A DNA stretch of 64,000 nt from an uncultured candidate division Zixibacteria bacterium (GTDB lineage Bacteria; Zixibacteria; MSB-5A5; RBG-16-43-9), in contig OY970208.1 of assembly GCA_963713865.1 (NCBI GenBank), positions 832,001-896,000 on the forward strand. The letters are read 5' to 3'. The translations under genes and the position numbers were made by a program. The notes under the pieces are model-generated. The model was not told the DNA's origin. It worked only from the letters and a program-made list of their open reading frames with translations, and did no database searches. The first letter of the stretch is position 1, and every line of letters begins with the position of its first letter. Below, piece after piece: positions 43,586 through 54,082 of this stretch.

Positions 43586-45736
43586 AGAAGATAAAATTTG
43601 CATTCGGTATTCATAACCACCAGCCGATCGGGAATTTCCAGCATGTCTTTGAGAAGGCATTTGAAAGATGCTATTCTCCCTTCCTTGAGCTTTTAGAGAA
43701 ATACCCGTTTTTTAAACTCTCCCTGCATTATTGCGGAATACTTTTCGACTGGCTTTTTGATAACCATCCTGAATTAGTTGAGAAGCTCAAAGTCTTAGTG
43801 AGAAAAGGGCAGGTGGAGCTTTTAACTGGAGGTTATTACGAGCCGATCTTTCCGGTCATTCCGGATGAGGATAAGATAGGACAGATTGAAAAGCTTTCCA
43901 GTTTTATTAAACAGAATTTTGATTTTGCCCCGTCCGGGATGTGGGTGGCAGAAAGGGTCTGGGAACCTCATCTGCCTAAATTTTTTGCTCAGGCTGGAGT
44001 AAAATTCTGTCTTCTGGATGATTCTCATTTCAAATATTCCGGGCTTGAGGATGAAAAGCTTTTAGGCTATTATCTTACTGAAGAGGAAGGTTATCCTTTA
44101 GCTTTATTCCCGATAAGCAAGAAGCTCAGATATTATATCCCTTTTAAGGAACCAGAAGAGATAGTCGATTATCTCAAAAGCCTTTCTACAGAGGATGGAG
44201 AAAATCTTATAGTCTATGCAGACGACGGCGAGAAATTCGGGATCTGGCCCAATACTTTTGAACACTGCTATGAAGACAGGTGGCTGGAAAGATTTTTTGA
44301 GAAACTCAAAGAGAATTTGGACTGGATTGAGATGGTTCATTTCCGTCAGGCGTTAAAGGAGCTCTCCCCCTTAGGACGGATATATCTCCCCACTGCCTCT
44401 TACTATGAGATGATGCACTGGGCACTTTTACCTGAAGCTTTTCAGGAATTTGAGAATTTCGAAAATGCTCTGAAAGAAAAAGACCTTTTCGAGAAGTACG
44501 GGATTTTTGTGCGTGGAGGGTTCTGGAGGAATTTTCTGGCAAAATATCCAGAATCGAATCAGATGCACAAACGGATGCTCTTTCTGAATCAGAAGATTAA
44601 AAAATTGGAAATTAACAAAAAAACAAATAAAAATAAACTTCTGTCAATCAAAGAAGAATGCTGGAAAAGTCAGTGTAACGACCCCTACTGGCATGGGGTC
44701 TTTGGAGGGTTGTATCTTTCCAATCTGAGGAAGCCCATTTATGAGCATTTGATTAGAGCAGATAAGCTCATAGATGAATTGGGGCATAAGGATAAAAGAT
44801 GGATCGATTATGAAGTCTTAGATTTTGATAAAGATGGTAAAGAGGAGATCATAATTGAATCTCCGGTTTTTAATTTTTATTTTGCACCTCAACTCGGTGG
44901 GGTATTATATGAAATGGATTTCAAGCCCAAAGATTTGAATCTTCTGGATATTTTATCCCGCAGGGAAGAGGGGTATCATAGAAAGCTTTCAGAGATAAAA
45001 AGTCAGGAGCTTAAGACCACTGAAAAATTCGCCAGCATTCACGATTTAGTTCAGGTTAAAGAAGATGGTTTAGAAAAGCTTTTAACTTATGACTGGTATA
45101 GAAGGGGCTCTTTTATTGACCATTTCTTAGGAAAAAATACAAAATTAGATGATTTTGCCAAATGCCAGTATCCAGAACAGGGTGATTTTGTGAATCAGCC
45201 TTATGAATACAAAATTAACCAAAAAGAAGATTTTCTTGAATTAATACTATCTCGAAATGGTTTTGTTCTGGGTGGATAATCAAAAAGCGAATATTAAGCT
45301 TATTAGAAAAATTTCCCTGAAAGGAGATAAAAAAGAATTAGAGATAACCTACGAATTGGAAAACAGACATTCTGTACCTGTGGATTTGTGGTTCGGGATA
45401 GAGTTTAACTTCGGGATGCTTTCCTGTGAGGATGAAAGGAAAAGCTTCTTTGTAAAAGATACGGAGCTAAAAGAGAAAAAGCTCAGTTTAAAGAGTGAAG
45501 ATGAAAATATTGTATCTTTCGGGATAAAAGATAAAGCTTTGGGACTTCTGATAGATTTTAAAGTTGATAGACTCTCAAGTTTATGGCAATTTCCGTTATA
45601 CACGGTCTCCTTGTCTGAATCCGGCTTTGAAAAAACTTACCAGAGCACCATTCTATTCCCAAACTGGAAAATCAGATTAAACCCAGAAGAAGTCTGGCAG
45701 GTAAAAATAATTAAAAGGATTGATATTCTGCAGTAG
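43582..45736 (+). CDS. GH57 alpha-amylase/4-alpha-glucanotransferase; +1 frameshift at about 45266
   Basis: HNHQP, GGYYEP, WVAERVWEP, DDGEKFG, QCND.YWHG, VS.SESGFE..YQ; deleting one T in GTTCTGG gives GFVWVDN. Confidence 0.9.
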
Positions 45737-45890
45737 CCCGATTCATCGGGCTATGTAGCTATATAGGCTAAGCATGGTGAAGCCTGCTTGACAAATTGAT
45801 TTCTTTGCTTGATAAATCAAGCAACTACAAAAGGTTTTCTTCAAATTCTTCACGTGAGTTTGTAAGGGCACGTTGCAACGTGCCCTTACT
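45733..45890. repeat. REP-like palindrome cluster
   Basis: GTAGCCCGATTCATCGGGCTA, GCTTGATAAATCAAGCAACTAC, GTAAGGGCACGTTGCAACGTGCCCTTAC. Confidence 0.7.
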
Positions 45891-45892
45891 CT

Positions 45893-46354
45893 CTAAATCA
45901 GATTTTCTTCGACTATTTTCTTCTTTAAATTTTTCACGTGGGTGCCTCCCCAGTAGAGCTTATCACATCTGGAACAATAGACGAAACTCTCCTGGGTCTT
46001 GAACACAAAAGGTGGGACTTTATTTTCCACTTCCTTTTTAGGGACCGAAACCAAAACCTGATTGCAGACTATACAGCGGGTGAAAAGATTTTTCTCATCA
46101 GGTTTTAAATTGAACTTTTTCAAAACCTCTTTCAACTGCTCTAAGGGCTCGTTGCTGGACAAAAGTAAAAGATTTTTCTCTGCCGATTTAAATCTTTTAA
46201 GCTCTGAATCCCGGCTCAAGATTATCCGGTTTTCTTTCAAAGCCTTTGAGACTAACTCTGTATCCTCAATATCCAAGCTGAACAAAGTATCATACCCCAA
46301 AGTCCTGAGCCACTTGGCTAACTTCCCTAAATTGTCATCGCAGATGAATTTCAT
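45893..46354 (-). CDS. Mut7-C RNase domain protein (PIN plus Zn ribbon)
   Basis: D.NLGKLAKWLR.LGYD, RC..CN, C..C.K.YW.G.H. Confidence 0.9.
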   Translation of the reverse strand: MKFICDDNLGKLAKWLRTLGYDTLFSLDIEDTELVSKALKENRIILSRDSELKRFKSAEKNLLLLSSNEPLEQLKEVLKKFNLKPDEKNLFTRCIVCNQVLVSVPKKEVENKVPPFVFKTQESFVYCSRCDKLYWGGTHVKNLKKKIVEENLI

Positions 46355-46453
46355 AAGATGACCTTCTAAAAACTGATTTAAAGAATATCCGTTGAGCTTA
46401 TTTTAAATAATCCAACGAGGATTTGTCAAGAGTTTTAAATAAAATATTTTCAG

Positions 46454-46756
46454 GTATGTCAGACATTCCTGTGGCTACGTGGCCATGGGCATACGCCACA
46501 GGCTTTGCCCTCTGACTTTGATAAACAGGCAGGAATGCCTGTTCTACCAGTTTTGAGGACAGGACTACTGACTTGTCAGTGCGAGCTCCCTTTGGGGGCG
46601 AAGCAATCTGTCAACCCTTTAGAGATTGCTTCGTCTCGCCTTTAGCGGACTCGCCCCTACGGAAAATTGGCTTTAATCTTTTAGGGCTTGATAAATCAAG
46701 CCCCTACTACTTTACCATTTGTCATCTTTTATCTGTCATCTGTCATTTGTAATCTG
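46454..46756. repeat. mixed palindromic repeats plus (TCTGTCA)n-like heptamer tract
   Basis: AGACATTCCTG...CAGGAATGCCT, GAAGCAATCT/AGATTGCTTC, GGGCTTGATAAATCAAGCCCCTAC, TTTGTCA TCTTTTA TCTGTCA TCTGTCA. Confidence 0.65.
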
Positions 46757-47827
46757 TTATCTTTTTACCCCGCAGAGCATATGATATTTACCGATCTGCT
46801 CCAAGCTTATTAAACCTTTGAAGATCTCCCCCTGCATCACTGGAAGGACAGAGAGTTTTTCTGAAGTCATCTTCTTAAAAACCTCGGATAAAGGGGCATC
46901 TTCTGATGTGCTTATAAATTCCCGGCTCATTATCTCTCCGATCCTGGTATCCTTAGAATGGTTATGCAGAGCTGAAAAGATTTTTTCACGGGATAATATC
47001 CCCAATACTTTGTTCCCTTCTATAATCGGGAAATCCTGCTGGAGCTTATGGCACATTCTCTCTAAAACCTGACCTAAGGTGGTCTCAGAGGTGATCGATT
47101 CCACTTCGATCAGCATAGCTGCCTTGACCGGAACATCCGCTATTGTTACTTTCAATTCCGTAGCTCTTTTCTCGCCTTCTGCCCCTAAGTAGATAAATAC
47201 AGCGATAAGAGCTAACCAGGGGTTGAAAAACAAACCATAAAAGAAAAGAAAGATAGCGAAAATCTCTCCGATCCCTACTGCTATTCTGGTAGCTTTTAAA
47301 AACTCCATCCTGAGCCCTAAAATCCCTCTTAAAACCCTTCCTCCATCCATCGGGAATGCCGGGAGTAAATTAAATAGAGCTAAGAGAAGATTTATGATAA
47401 AGAGATTCAGGAACAAATTACCCTGAAATATCGAGATCTTAAAAGTTTTTGCTTCCGGGGTTAGAAAAACGAAAGAAAGGTAGAAGACGAATGCTAAAAT
47501 GATGCTGGTAAGAGGACCAGCCATAGCAACATAAATCTCCTGTTTGGGCTTTTGAGGGAGTTCCTCCATCTCAGAGACACCTCCGATGGGAAGAAGAACG
47601 ATATCTTTCACTTTAACGCCATAGCTTCGGGCAACCAGGCTATGGGCGATTTCATGGATGATCACACATAAGAAGATGAGAATGATGCTCAACATCCCCT
47701 GTAATCCGGATTGAGCACCTTGCATTCTACTCCCATATAAACCGATGAAAATTATCAATAGAAAAAAGGTGATATGAATCCTTATCGGTATTCCAAACAC
47801 CTTGCCGATCTGAAACGACCATCTCAT
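46757..47827 (-). CDS. site-2 protease (M50B) with CBS pair
   Basis: HEIAH, LLPIGG, AGP, FNLLPAFPMDGGR. Confidence 0.93.
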   Translation of the reverse strand: MRWSFQIGKVFGIPIRIHITFFLLIIFIGLYGSRMQGAQSGLQGMLSIILIFLCVIIHEIAHSLVARSYGVKVKDIVLLPIGGVSEMEELPQKPKQEIYVAMAGPLTSIILAFVFYLSFVFLTPEAKTFKISIFQGNLFLNLFIINLLLALFNLLPAFPMDGGRVLRGILGLRMEFLKATRIAVGIGEIFAIFLFFYGLFFNPWLALIAVFIYLGAEGEKRATELKVTIADVPVKAAMLIEVESITSETTLGQVLERMCHKLQQDFPIIEGNKVLGILSREKIFSALHNHSKDTRIGEIMSREFISTSEDAPLSEVFKKMTSEKLSVLPVMQGEIFKGLISLEQIGKYHMLCGVKR

Positions 47828-48185
47828 TTTGCCTCCTTTGAGGGTTGGAGCTTAAATAAATTAAAACCAAATCATTTGCCATAATTAGAATAAAATTTGA
47901 GCTGGTTGTCAAGATTTATTCTGCTCCCCGGGGGATATTATCATCCACCTATCCTCCTGCTGGATGATAACATCTATCAGGAGCAATAATGTTCTCATTG
48001 CAGTTGCCCCATTTATTGGGCTTTTTTTGGCTCGATAAATTGAGCAACTACATTTTTACACCTTCCCCCAGTGATTTATGGGTTCCTAAAAAATAAAAAA
48101 ATTCATCTTGATTTTTTTAGTTCTAAATGTTTAGATTGGGATAACGTGAGATTAAAAAAATGAAACTTTAAACAGGAGGTAAAAG

Positions 48186-48764
48186 ATGGCATACGCTCCA
48201 ATGAATTACGATGCTTTATTAGGGATGGAAGGCTTCAGCGATACTCTGCTGAAAAACCATTTTACCTTATACCAGGGATATGTGGCTAATACCAATAAGG
48301 TTCATGATATGTTAGTGGAGCTGCACAAAGCTGGAAAAAGCGGAGGGCCGGATTATGCGGAGCTGAAGAGGAGATTCGGCTGGGAGTTTAACGGGATGCG
48401 CTTGCACGAATTGTATTTTGAGAATCTGGGCGGCAAAGGAGAGTTAAATAAGTCTGGTAAATTGGGTAAAAAACTGATGGAAGAGTTTGGAAGCTATGAG
48501 CACTGGGAATCTGATTTCAAAGCCACAGCCATGATGAGAGGGATCGGCTGGGTGATTTTATATCAGGACAATCTAACTGGCAGACTTTTCAATCAGTGGA
48601 TTAACGAGCATGATGTTGGGCATTTAGCTGGATGCACACCGATTTTAATCCTGGATGTTTTCGAACATGCCTATATGATCGATTATGGCTTGAAAAGGGC
48701 GGACTATATCTCAGCCTTTTTCAAAAATATCAAATGGGTTATGGTTGAGGCCAGGTTGAAATAA
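48186..48764 (+). CDS. Fe/Mn superoxide dismutase family protein
   Basis: H..LY.GYV, HELYFENL, G.GW, DVFEHAY. Confidence 0.9.
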   Translation: MAYAPMNYDALLGMEGFSDTLLKNHFTLYQGYVANTNKVHDMLVELHKAGKSGGPDYAELKRRFGWEFNGMRLHELYFENLGGKGELNKSGKLGKKLMEEFGSYEHWESDFKATAMMRGIGWVILYQDNLTGRLFNQWINEHDVGHLAGCTPILILDVFEHAYMIDYGLKRADYISAFFKNIKWVMVEARLK

Positions 48765-49022
48765 AGTTTGGAATTTGTTCGTTTGTAGGGGCCTGCCCCT
48801 ACGTTTTTCTTGTCATGTCATTCTGAGTCCGCCGCAGGCGGGCGAAGAATCTATATAGGTTCTGTCGGATCGATAAAAAGCCTTACGACTCGTAGAGAGT
48901 TAACTCCCGACAGCACAGACTGAAAACAATTTATCCCGCACTTTTTCTCTTGCCAAAATTAAAAAACCAGGTATATTAATCTCAGGAAAACAGATCAACC
49001 ACTTTTAAGCCATGGAGGAACT

Positions 49023-50579
49023 ATGAAAAAAATACTCTTAATTTTTTTCTTTAGTATAACAATCCTGTCGAACTATATCTTCTTTTTTACCTTACCCCTT
49101 TTCGCCCAGCAAGTTGACACTGCTTGGGTGAGAAGATACAACGGGACTGGAAATTTTATTGATAGGGCATATGCTATAGCTGTAGATTATTCTAAGAATG
49201 TGTATGTTACTGGAAGTAGTAGTGGCAGTGGTTCACTCGATGATTATGCAACTATTAAGTATTACCATAATGGAGACACTGCTTGGGTAAGAAGATATAG
49301 TGCATCAGTAAACCTTCCAGATCGGGCTTATGGCATTGTAGTGGATGATTCTGACTATGTTTATGTGAGTGGATATAGTTACGACAGTTTGACCAATTTT
49401 GATTATGCCACTATAAAATATAGTCCGGATGGAGAAACTAGCTGGGTCAGAAGATACAATGGCCCGGGAAACTCTGATGATTATGCTTATGCCATAGCAG
49501 TGGATGGTTCTGGAAATGTCTATGTTACAGGTTCTGGCCAAGGAAATGGCTTAGACTGCGCAACAATAAAATATTACTCTAATGGAGATACTGCTTGGGT
49601 AAGGAGATACGATGGGCCGGTGCATAGTGATGATTATGCTGATGGAATAGCAGTTGATAGCTCTGGCAATGTCTATATTACAGGATTTAGCTGGGGAAGC
49701 GGAACAGGGCGCGATTATGTGACCATAAAGTATAATCTATATGGAGATGAACTCTGGGTGAGAAGATACGACATGGAAAACTCTGATGATTATGCTTATT
49801 CCATAGCAGTGGATGGTTCTGGAAATGTCTATGTGACCGGTGTAAGTTACGGCAGTGGGACATCCTATGATTATGCCACCATAAAGTATGACCCGGCTGG
49901 AAAACAGCTCTGGGTAAAAAGATACAACGGGCCGCCGGGAAACTCCTATGATTGGGCTAGTGCCATAGCAGTGGATAGTTCTGGAAATGTCTACGTCACA
50001 GGTTCAAGTTACGGCATTGGGACAGACTGGGACTATGCCACCATAAAATATGACACGGATGGAAAACAGCTCTGGGTAAAAAGATACAACGGGCCGGGAA
50101 ACTCTGAGGATGAGAGTAATTCTATAGCGATAGATGACTCTGGTAATGTCTATGTGACAGGATATAGTCCGGGCAGTGGGACATCCCGGGACTATGTCAC
50201 CCTAAAATATGACGCGGATGGAAACCAGCTCTGGGTAAAAAGATACAATGGGCCGGGAAACTCTGATGATGGAGCTTATGCCATAGCAGTAGATGGTTCT
50301 GGAAATGTCTATGTCACAGGTGAAAGTTACGGCAGTGGGACATACCATGATTATGCCACCATAAAATATGTTCAGTTTCTCTCTGGAGATGTTAACTTTG
50401 ATAGCACCATAACGGTGGAGGATGTGATTTATCTGATAGATTACCTATTTAGAGGAGGACCTACCCCTCTGCCCATTTTGCAAGTTGGGGATGTGAATTG
50501 CAATGGTCAAGTGACGGTTACCGACATCATCTATTTAATCAATTATCTTTTCAAAAGTGGACCGCCACCGGCATGCTGA
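49023..50579 (+). CDS. secreted SBBP-repeat beta-propeller with C-terminal dockerin-like domain
   Basis: about 8 repeats of W.RRYNG...AIAVD.SGNVYVTG...DYATIKY; two GDVN...D..YL..YLF motifs. Confidence 0.85.
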   Translation: MKKILLIFFFSITILSNYIFFFTLPLFAQQVDTAWVRRYNGTGNFIDRAYAIAVDYSKNVYVTGSSSGSGSLDDYATIKYYHNGDTAWVRRYSASVNLPDRAYGIVVDDSDYVYVSGYSYDSLTNFDYATIKYSPDGETSWVRRYNGPGNSDDYAYAIAVDGSGNVYVTGSGQGNGLDCATIKYYSNGDTAWVRRYDGPVHSDDYADGIAVDSSGNVYITGFSWGSGTGRDYVTIKYNLYGDELWVRRYDMENSDDYAYSIAVDGSGNVYVTGVSYGSGTSYDYATIKYDPAGKQLWVKRYNGPPGNSYDWASAIAVDSSGNVYVTGSSYGIGTDWDYATIKYDTDGKQLWVKRYNGPGNSEDESNSIAIDDSGNVYVTGYSPGSGTSRDYVTLKYDADGNQLWVKRYNGPGNSDDGAYAIAVDGSGNVYVTGESYGSGTYHDYATIKYVQFLSGDVNFDSTITVEDVIYLIDYLFRGGPTPLPILQVGDVNCNGQVTVTDIIYLINYLFKSGPPPAC

Positions 50580-50717
50580 AATAAAGTTTGGAGTTTATAG
50601 TAGGGGGGAACCTGTGTGTTCGCCCGGAGATTTGGGCAGACACGCAGGTCTGCCCCTACATTTTTCTTAACCTCACCCTATCCCTCTCCTTGTAAAGGAG
50701 AGGGGTTACCCTTCCTT

Positions 50718-52154
50718 TTATCTCCCTTTCACATATACCTTCTTCGTCACCTGAGCCATATTGGTTATGGGCAGTGCAGGGGCATCTTTTCCAAAGAGTG
50801 AATTGATCAGGCTCTGGGATGCAGAGCGGTAATTCAGAATAGAGATGATATTTAAAGAGCTTGCTTTTGGAACTGTGAAGGCAAACCTCTCTATAACATT
50901 TCCTTTAGGTGATATCCGTTGATCAGAGATGACAGAGACTCCTTTATCTACATTTATAGTTTGATTTCCCTTAGAATTACCTAAGACTGTGTTAAATATT
51001 CTTGTCTCAGGTACTAAATCCCCTTTTTCATCCACGGTTCCAGAAGTATAAACTGTATTTCCTTTATCATCTAAAATCCTAATTTCCAGCCACATCTGTC
51101 TTATCTCGGTTAAGCCGGTAGGAAGATAATGTCCGGCTCCTATATTGGTAACCTTAATCTTAACTTCCCCTGAACCCCCAGAAGAGAGGGTATCAGGAGT
51201 GAGAATCTCTAAAGAAGCCGCATTCTTTAACCTCTCCTTCGTCAAGATTGTGTGCAGGGTATCTCCCAAAAGATAAGGAACAACTCCATTTCCCCCAACC
51301 ATATTATGGGTGTATATGTGCTTTCTTTCCGGACCCATAACACAGGCTTTACCAGGATTATCCGGTCTTTCTGTAGAGCCGGTGGCAGGTATTCCAAGCT
51401 TCTGTCTCATATGGCAGTCCTGGCAATTGACCGTAGTATTCGGGTCTAGAGTATTATAAGGGCTTCCCCTCCATTCGGTATAAGTTTTCTCTATGGGCAA
51501 ATCATTGCCGGCATGAGTTACATCGTGACACATCCCGCAGAACTCTGAGCGGGTATGAAGCTCTGAAAACTCTGTCCCGTGAAAAGGAGATTCAGAATCC
51601 TTAAAAGGTCCCCACTTTATACCGGGATTTCCTTCACCTTGTCCTGGCTCTAAAATAAAAGGGGCATTCCCGATCCCGGCAGAAGCTTTTACCGAATGGC
51701 AGAAATCACAAAAGACTCCTTTTGAACCTATTTCACTGACCTTTGAATAATCCCCTTCTGTGGTAGGTAACTCCCCGGTAACATGAGCTACTGGTGCATG
51801 ACAACGGACGCAGGATAAGGCCTCTTCTTTTTCTTTATCGTTCTCCACCTGGGTTAAGAACAGCTTGGAGACTTTCTGAAAGACCGGGTCTTTTAAAGCA
51901 TTATAATGCATACCTCCTTTCCATTGTTCATAAATTTCAGGATGACAACCGGAGCAGACCGAAGGATCGATAAACTGGGAGAGTTTAAAATCCCCGGGCA
52001 GGGAGATTTTACCATTCAAATCCATATTGGCAGGTCTTCTGGTCTGTGATTCGGGTGAGGTTGGGGAATAATCTTTGGTGTCTGCAAATACCATTATGGA
52101 AAATATTACTAAGAAAATAATACCCATAGCCCATAACAGAACTTCCTTTTTCAT
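50718..52154 (-). CDS. periplasmic multiheme cytochrome c (5 CxxCH)
   Basis: CSGCH, CVRCH, CDFCH, CGMCH, CQDCH; N.GAGHYLPTG C-terminal domain. Confidence 0.88.
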   Translation of the reverse strand: MKKEVLLWAMGIIFLVIFSIMVFADTKDYSPTSPESQTRRPANMDLNGKISLPGDFKLSQFIDPSVCSGCHPEIYEQWKGGMHYNALKDPVFQKVSKLFLTQVENDKEKEEALSCVRCHAPVAHVTGELPTTEGDYSKVSEIGSKGVFCDFCHSVKASAGIGNAPFILEPGQGEGNPGIKWGPFKDSESPFHGTEFSELHTRSEFCGMCHDVTHAGNDLPIEKTYTEWRGSPYNTLDPNTTVNCQDCHMRQKLGIPATGSTERPDNPGKACVMGPERKHIYTHNMVGGNGVVPYLLGDTLHTILTKERLKNAASLEILTPDTLSSGGSGEVKIKVTNIGAGHYLPTGLTEIRQMWLEIRILDDKGNTVYTSGTVDEKGDLVPETRIFNTVLGNSKGNQTINVDKGVSVISDQRISPKGNVIERFAFTVPKASSLNIISILNYRSASQSLINSLFGKDAPALPITNMAQVTKKVYVKGR

Positions 52155-52276
52155 ATTATCTCCTTTTTAAAGACCCAAAATTTTCCTTGATTTTCACTCT
52201 AAATAAAGTTAAATATACAAAAAATTGCAAGGGAAAAAACCGCCCTGCGGATGGGTTTTTTAGAAAAGGAGGTTTT

Positions 52277-53071
52277 GTGAACATCGTTGTCTGTTTAAAA
52301 CAGGTCCCGGATACGGAAACCAAGATAGTTTTAAATTCCGATTCTACTGGAATTGTAACTGAAGGAATAAAATGGGTAATGAATCCTTATGATGAATATG
52401 CAGTAGAAGAGGGATTGAAGATTAAAGAAAAATTTGGAGGTAAAGTAACCATAGTCTCAATGGGTCCGGAAAGAACAGTAGAAGCTATCCGAACTGCCTT
52501 AGCTATGGGAGCCGATGAGGGAGTTTTATTAAATGATCCAGCTTTGGAAGGGTCAGATAGTTACGCTACAGCTCTGGTTTTATCCAAAGCTCTAAGCCTG
52601 ATTGAATATGATATTATCTTAACCGGAAAGCAGGCAGTTGATTTAGACTGTTCTCAGGTCTATGCGGGTTTAGCTGAGTTTTTGAATTTACCCTTTGTCT
52701 CAGTGGTTGTTGGATTAGAACTTTTTCCTGACCAGAAAAAGGCAATTGCCAAAAGGGAGACCGAAGGTGGAGAAAAGGAGTTAATCGAAGTAAGTTTACC
52801 AGCTATCTTTGCCTGCCAGAAGGATTTGAATGTTCCAAGGTATGCCTCACTTCCTGGGATTATGAAGGCTAAGAAAAAGGAGATAAAAAAGCTTGGTTTG
52901 GCTGATCTTTGTTTGAACCCGGAGCATGTAGGCAAGGCTGGCTCTAAGTTAAAAACCGGAAAATATTCTTTACCACCCCAGAGGAAAACCGGTATAAAAA
53001 TTGAAGGGGAGATCCCTGAAGCCACAGCCAAATTGGTTAAACTCCTGAGGGAAGAAGCCAAAATAATCTAA
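52277..53071 (+). CDS. etfB: electron transfer flavoprotein beta subunit
   Basis: KQVPD, NPYDEYA.E, GKQA.D, PRYASLPGIMKAKKK; GTG start after AGGAGG. Confidence 0.95.
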   Translation: MNIVVCLKQVPDTETKIVLNSDSTGIVTEGIKWVMNPYDEYAVEEGLKIKEKFGGKVTIVSMGPERTVEAIRTALAMGADEGVLLNDPALEGSDSYATALVLSKALSLIEYDIILTGKQAVDLDCSQVYAGLAEFLNLPFVSVVVGLELFPDQKKAIAKRETEGGEKELIEVSLPAIFACQKDLNVPRYASLPGIMKAKKKEIKKLGLADLCLNPEHVGKAGSKLKTGKYSLPPQRKTGIKIEGEIPEATAKLVKLLREEAKII

Positions 53072-53082
53072 AGGAGATAAAT

Positions 53083-54081
53083 ATGCCCGGAATATGGATT
53101 ATATCTGAACATAAAGAAGGGAAATTTAAAAAGGTTACTTATGAGCTTTTAAGTCAGGCTAGAAAATTTAAAGAGAAAATAGGAGAAGAGGTCTGTGCCT
53201 TGCTTTTAGGTTCGAACATCGAAAATTTAGCTAATCAATTAGGACCTTATGGTGCAGATAAAGTATATCTTTTAGAGGATGAAATCCTGAAAAACTATAC
53301 TAATGAGAGCTATACACAAGTGATTGCTGGTTTAGCTAAATCTAACTCCCCTTCAGTTCTTTTGGGAGGAGCAACGGCTCAGGGAAAAGATTTGTTGCCC
53401 CGTGTTGCTGCGTGCCTGGGAACAGGCTTAGCATCAGACTGTGTAAATATAGATATAGACGATAAAGGGTTATTAAAAATTGCCCGACCGATTTATGCTG
53501 GAAAGCTTCTGATGGAGATAACTATTCCCCAATCCAGACCACAGATGGCAATGCTCAGGCCCAATGTGGTAGAGATTCTGCCGCAGGATAACTCCAAAAA
53601 AGCAGAGATAATTAAATCGAAGTCTGATTTAAAAAAGGAAGAGCTAAAGTCTTTTCTTAAGGAGATATTAAAAGGGGAGAGCAAAAAGATAGACATAACT
53701 GAGGCAAAGATAATAGTATCCGGTGGAAGAGCAATGAAAGACAAAGAAAACTTTAAAATCTTAGAGGATTTAGCAGATGCTTTTGGAGAGGGAACTGCGG
53801 TAGGTGCTTCAAGAGCGGCAGTTGATTCGGGTTTTGCCCCGCACGATATTCAGGTGGGACAGACTGGGAAGGTGGTCAATCCTACTCTATATATCGCCTG
53901 CGGAATCTCCGGTTCGATCCAGCATCTTGCCGGTATGTCAACTTCCAAATATATCGTAGCAATAAACAAAGACCCGGATGCACCTATCTTCCAGAAAACA
54001 GATTATGGCATCGTAGGCGACCTTTTCGAAGTTGTCCCTCTTCTAACCCGGGAAGTTAAAAAGCTAAAAGCAGAAGGTTAA
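53083..54081 (+). CDS. etfA: electron transfer flavoprotein alpha subunit
   Basis: SGGR, GASRAAVD, QVGQTGK, GISGSIQH, INKD. Confidence 0.95.
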   Translation: MPGIWIISEHKEGKFKKVTYELLSQARKFKEKIGEEVCALLLGSNIENLANQLGPYGADKVYLLEDEILKNYTNESYTQVIAGLAKSNSPSVLLGGATAQGKDLLPRVAACLGTGLASDCVNIDIDDKGLLKIARPIYAGKLLMEITIPQSRPQMAMLRPNVVEILPQDNSKKAEIIKSKSDLKKEELKSFLKEILKGESKKIDITEAKIIVSGGRAMKDKENFKILEDLADAFGEGTAVGASRAAVDSGFAPHDIQVGQTGKVVNPTLYIACGISGSIQHLAGMSTSKYIVAINKDPDAPIFQKTDYGIVGDLFEVVPLLTREVKKLKAEG

Positions 54082-54082
54082 T

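Noticed and set aside
47923-47986. Long imperfect hairpin between the M50 and SOD genes as an ncRNA or riboswitch
   Set aside because: No recognisable family motif; more likely another palindromic repeat
49120-50370. ~147-bp tandem DNA repeats with variable segments (CRISPR- or DGR-like at first glance)
   Set aside because: They are in-frame SBBP propeller repeats; there are no cas or reverse transcriptase genes in the window
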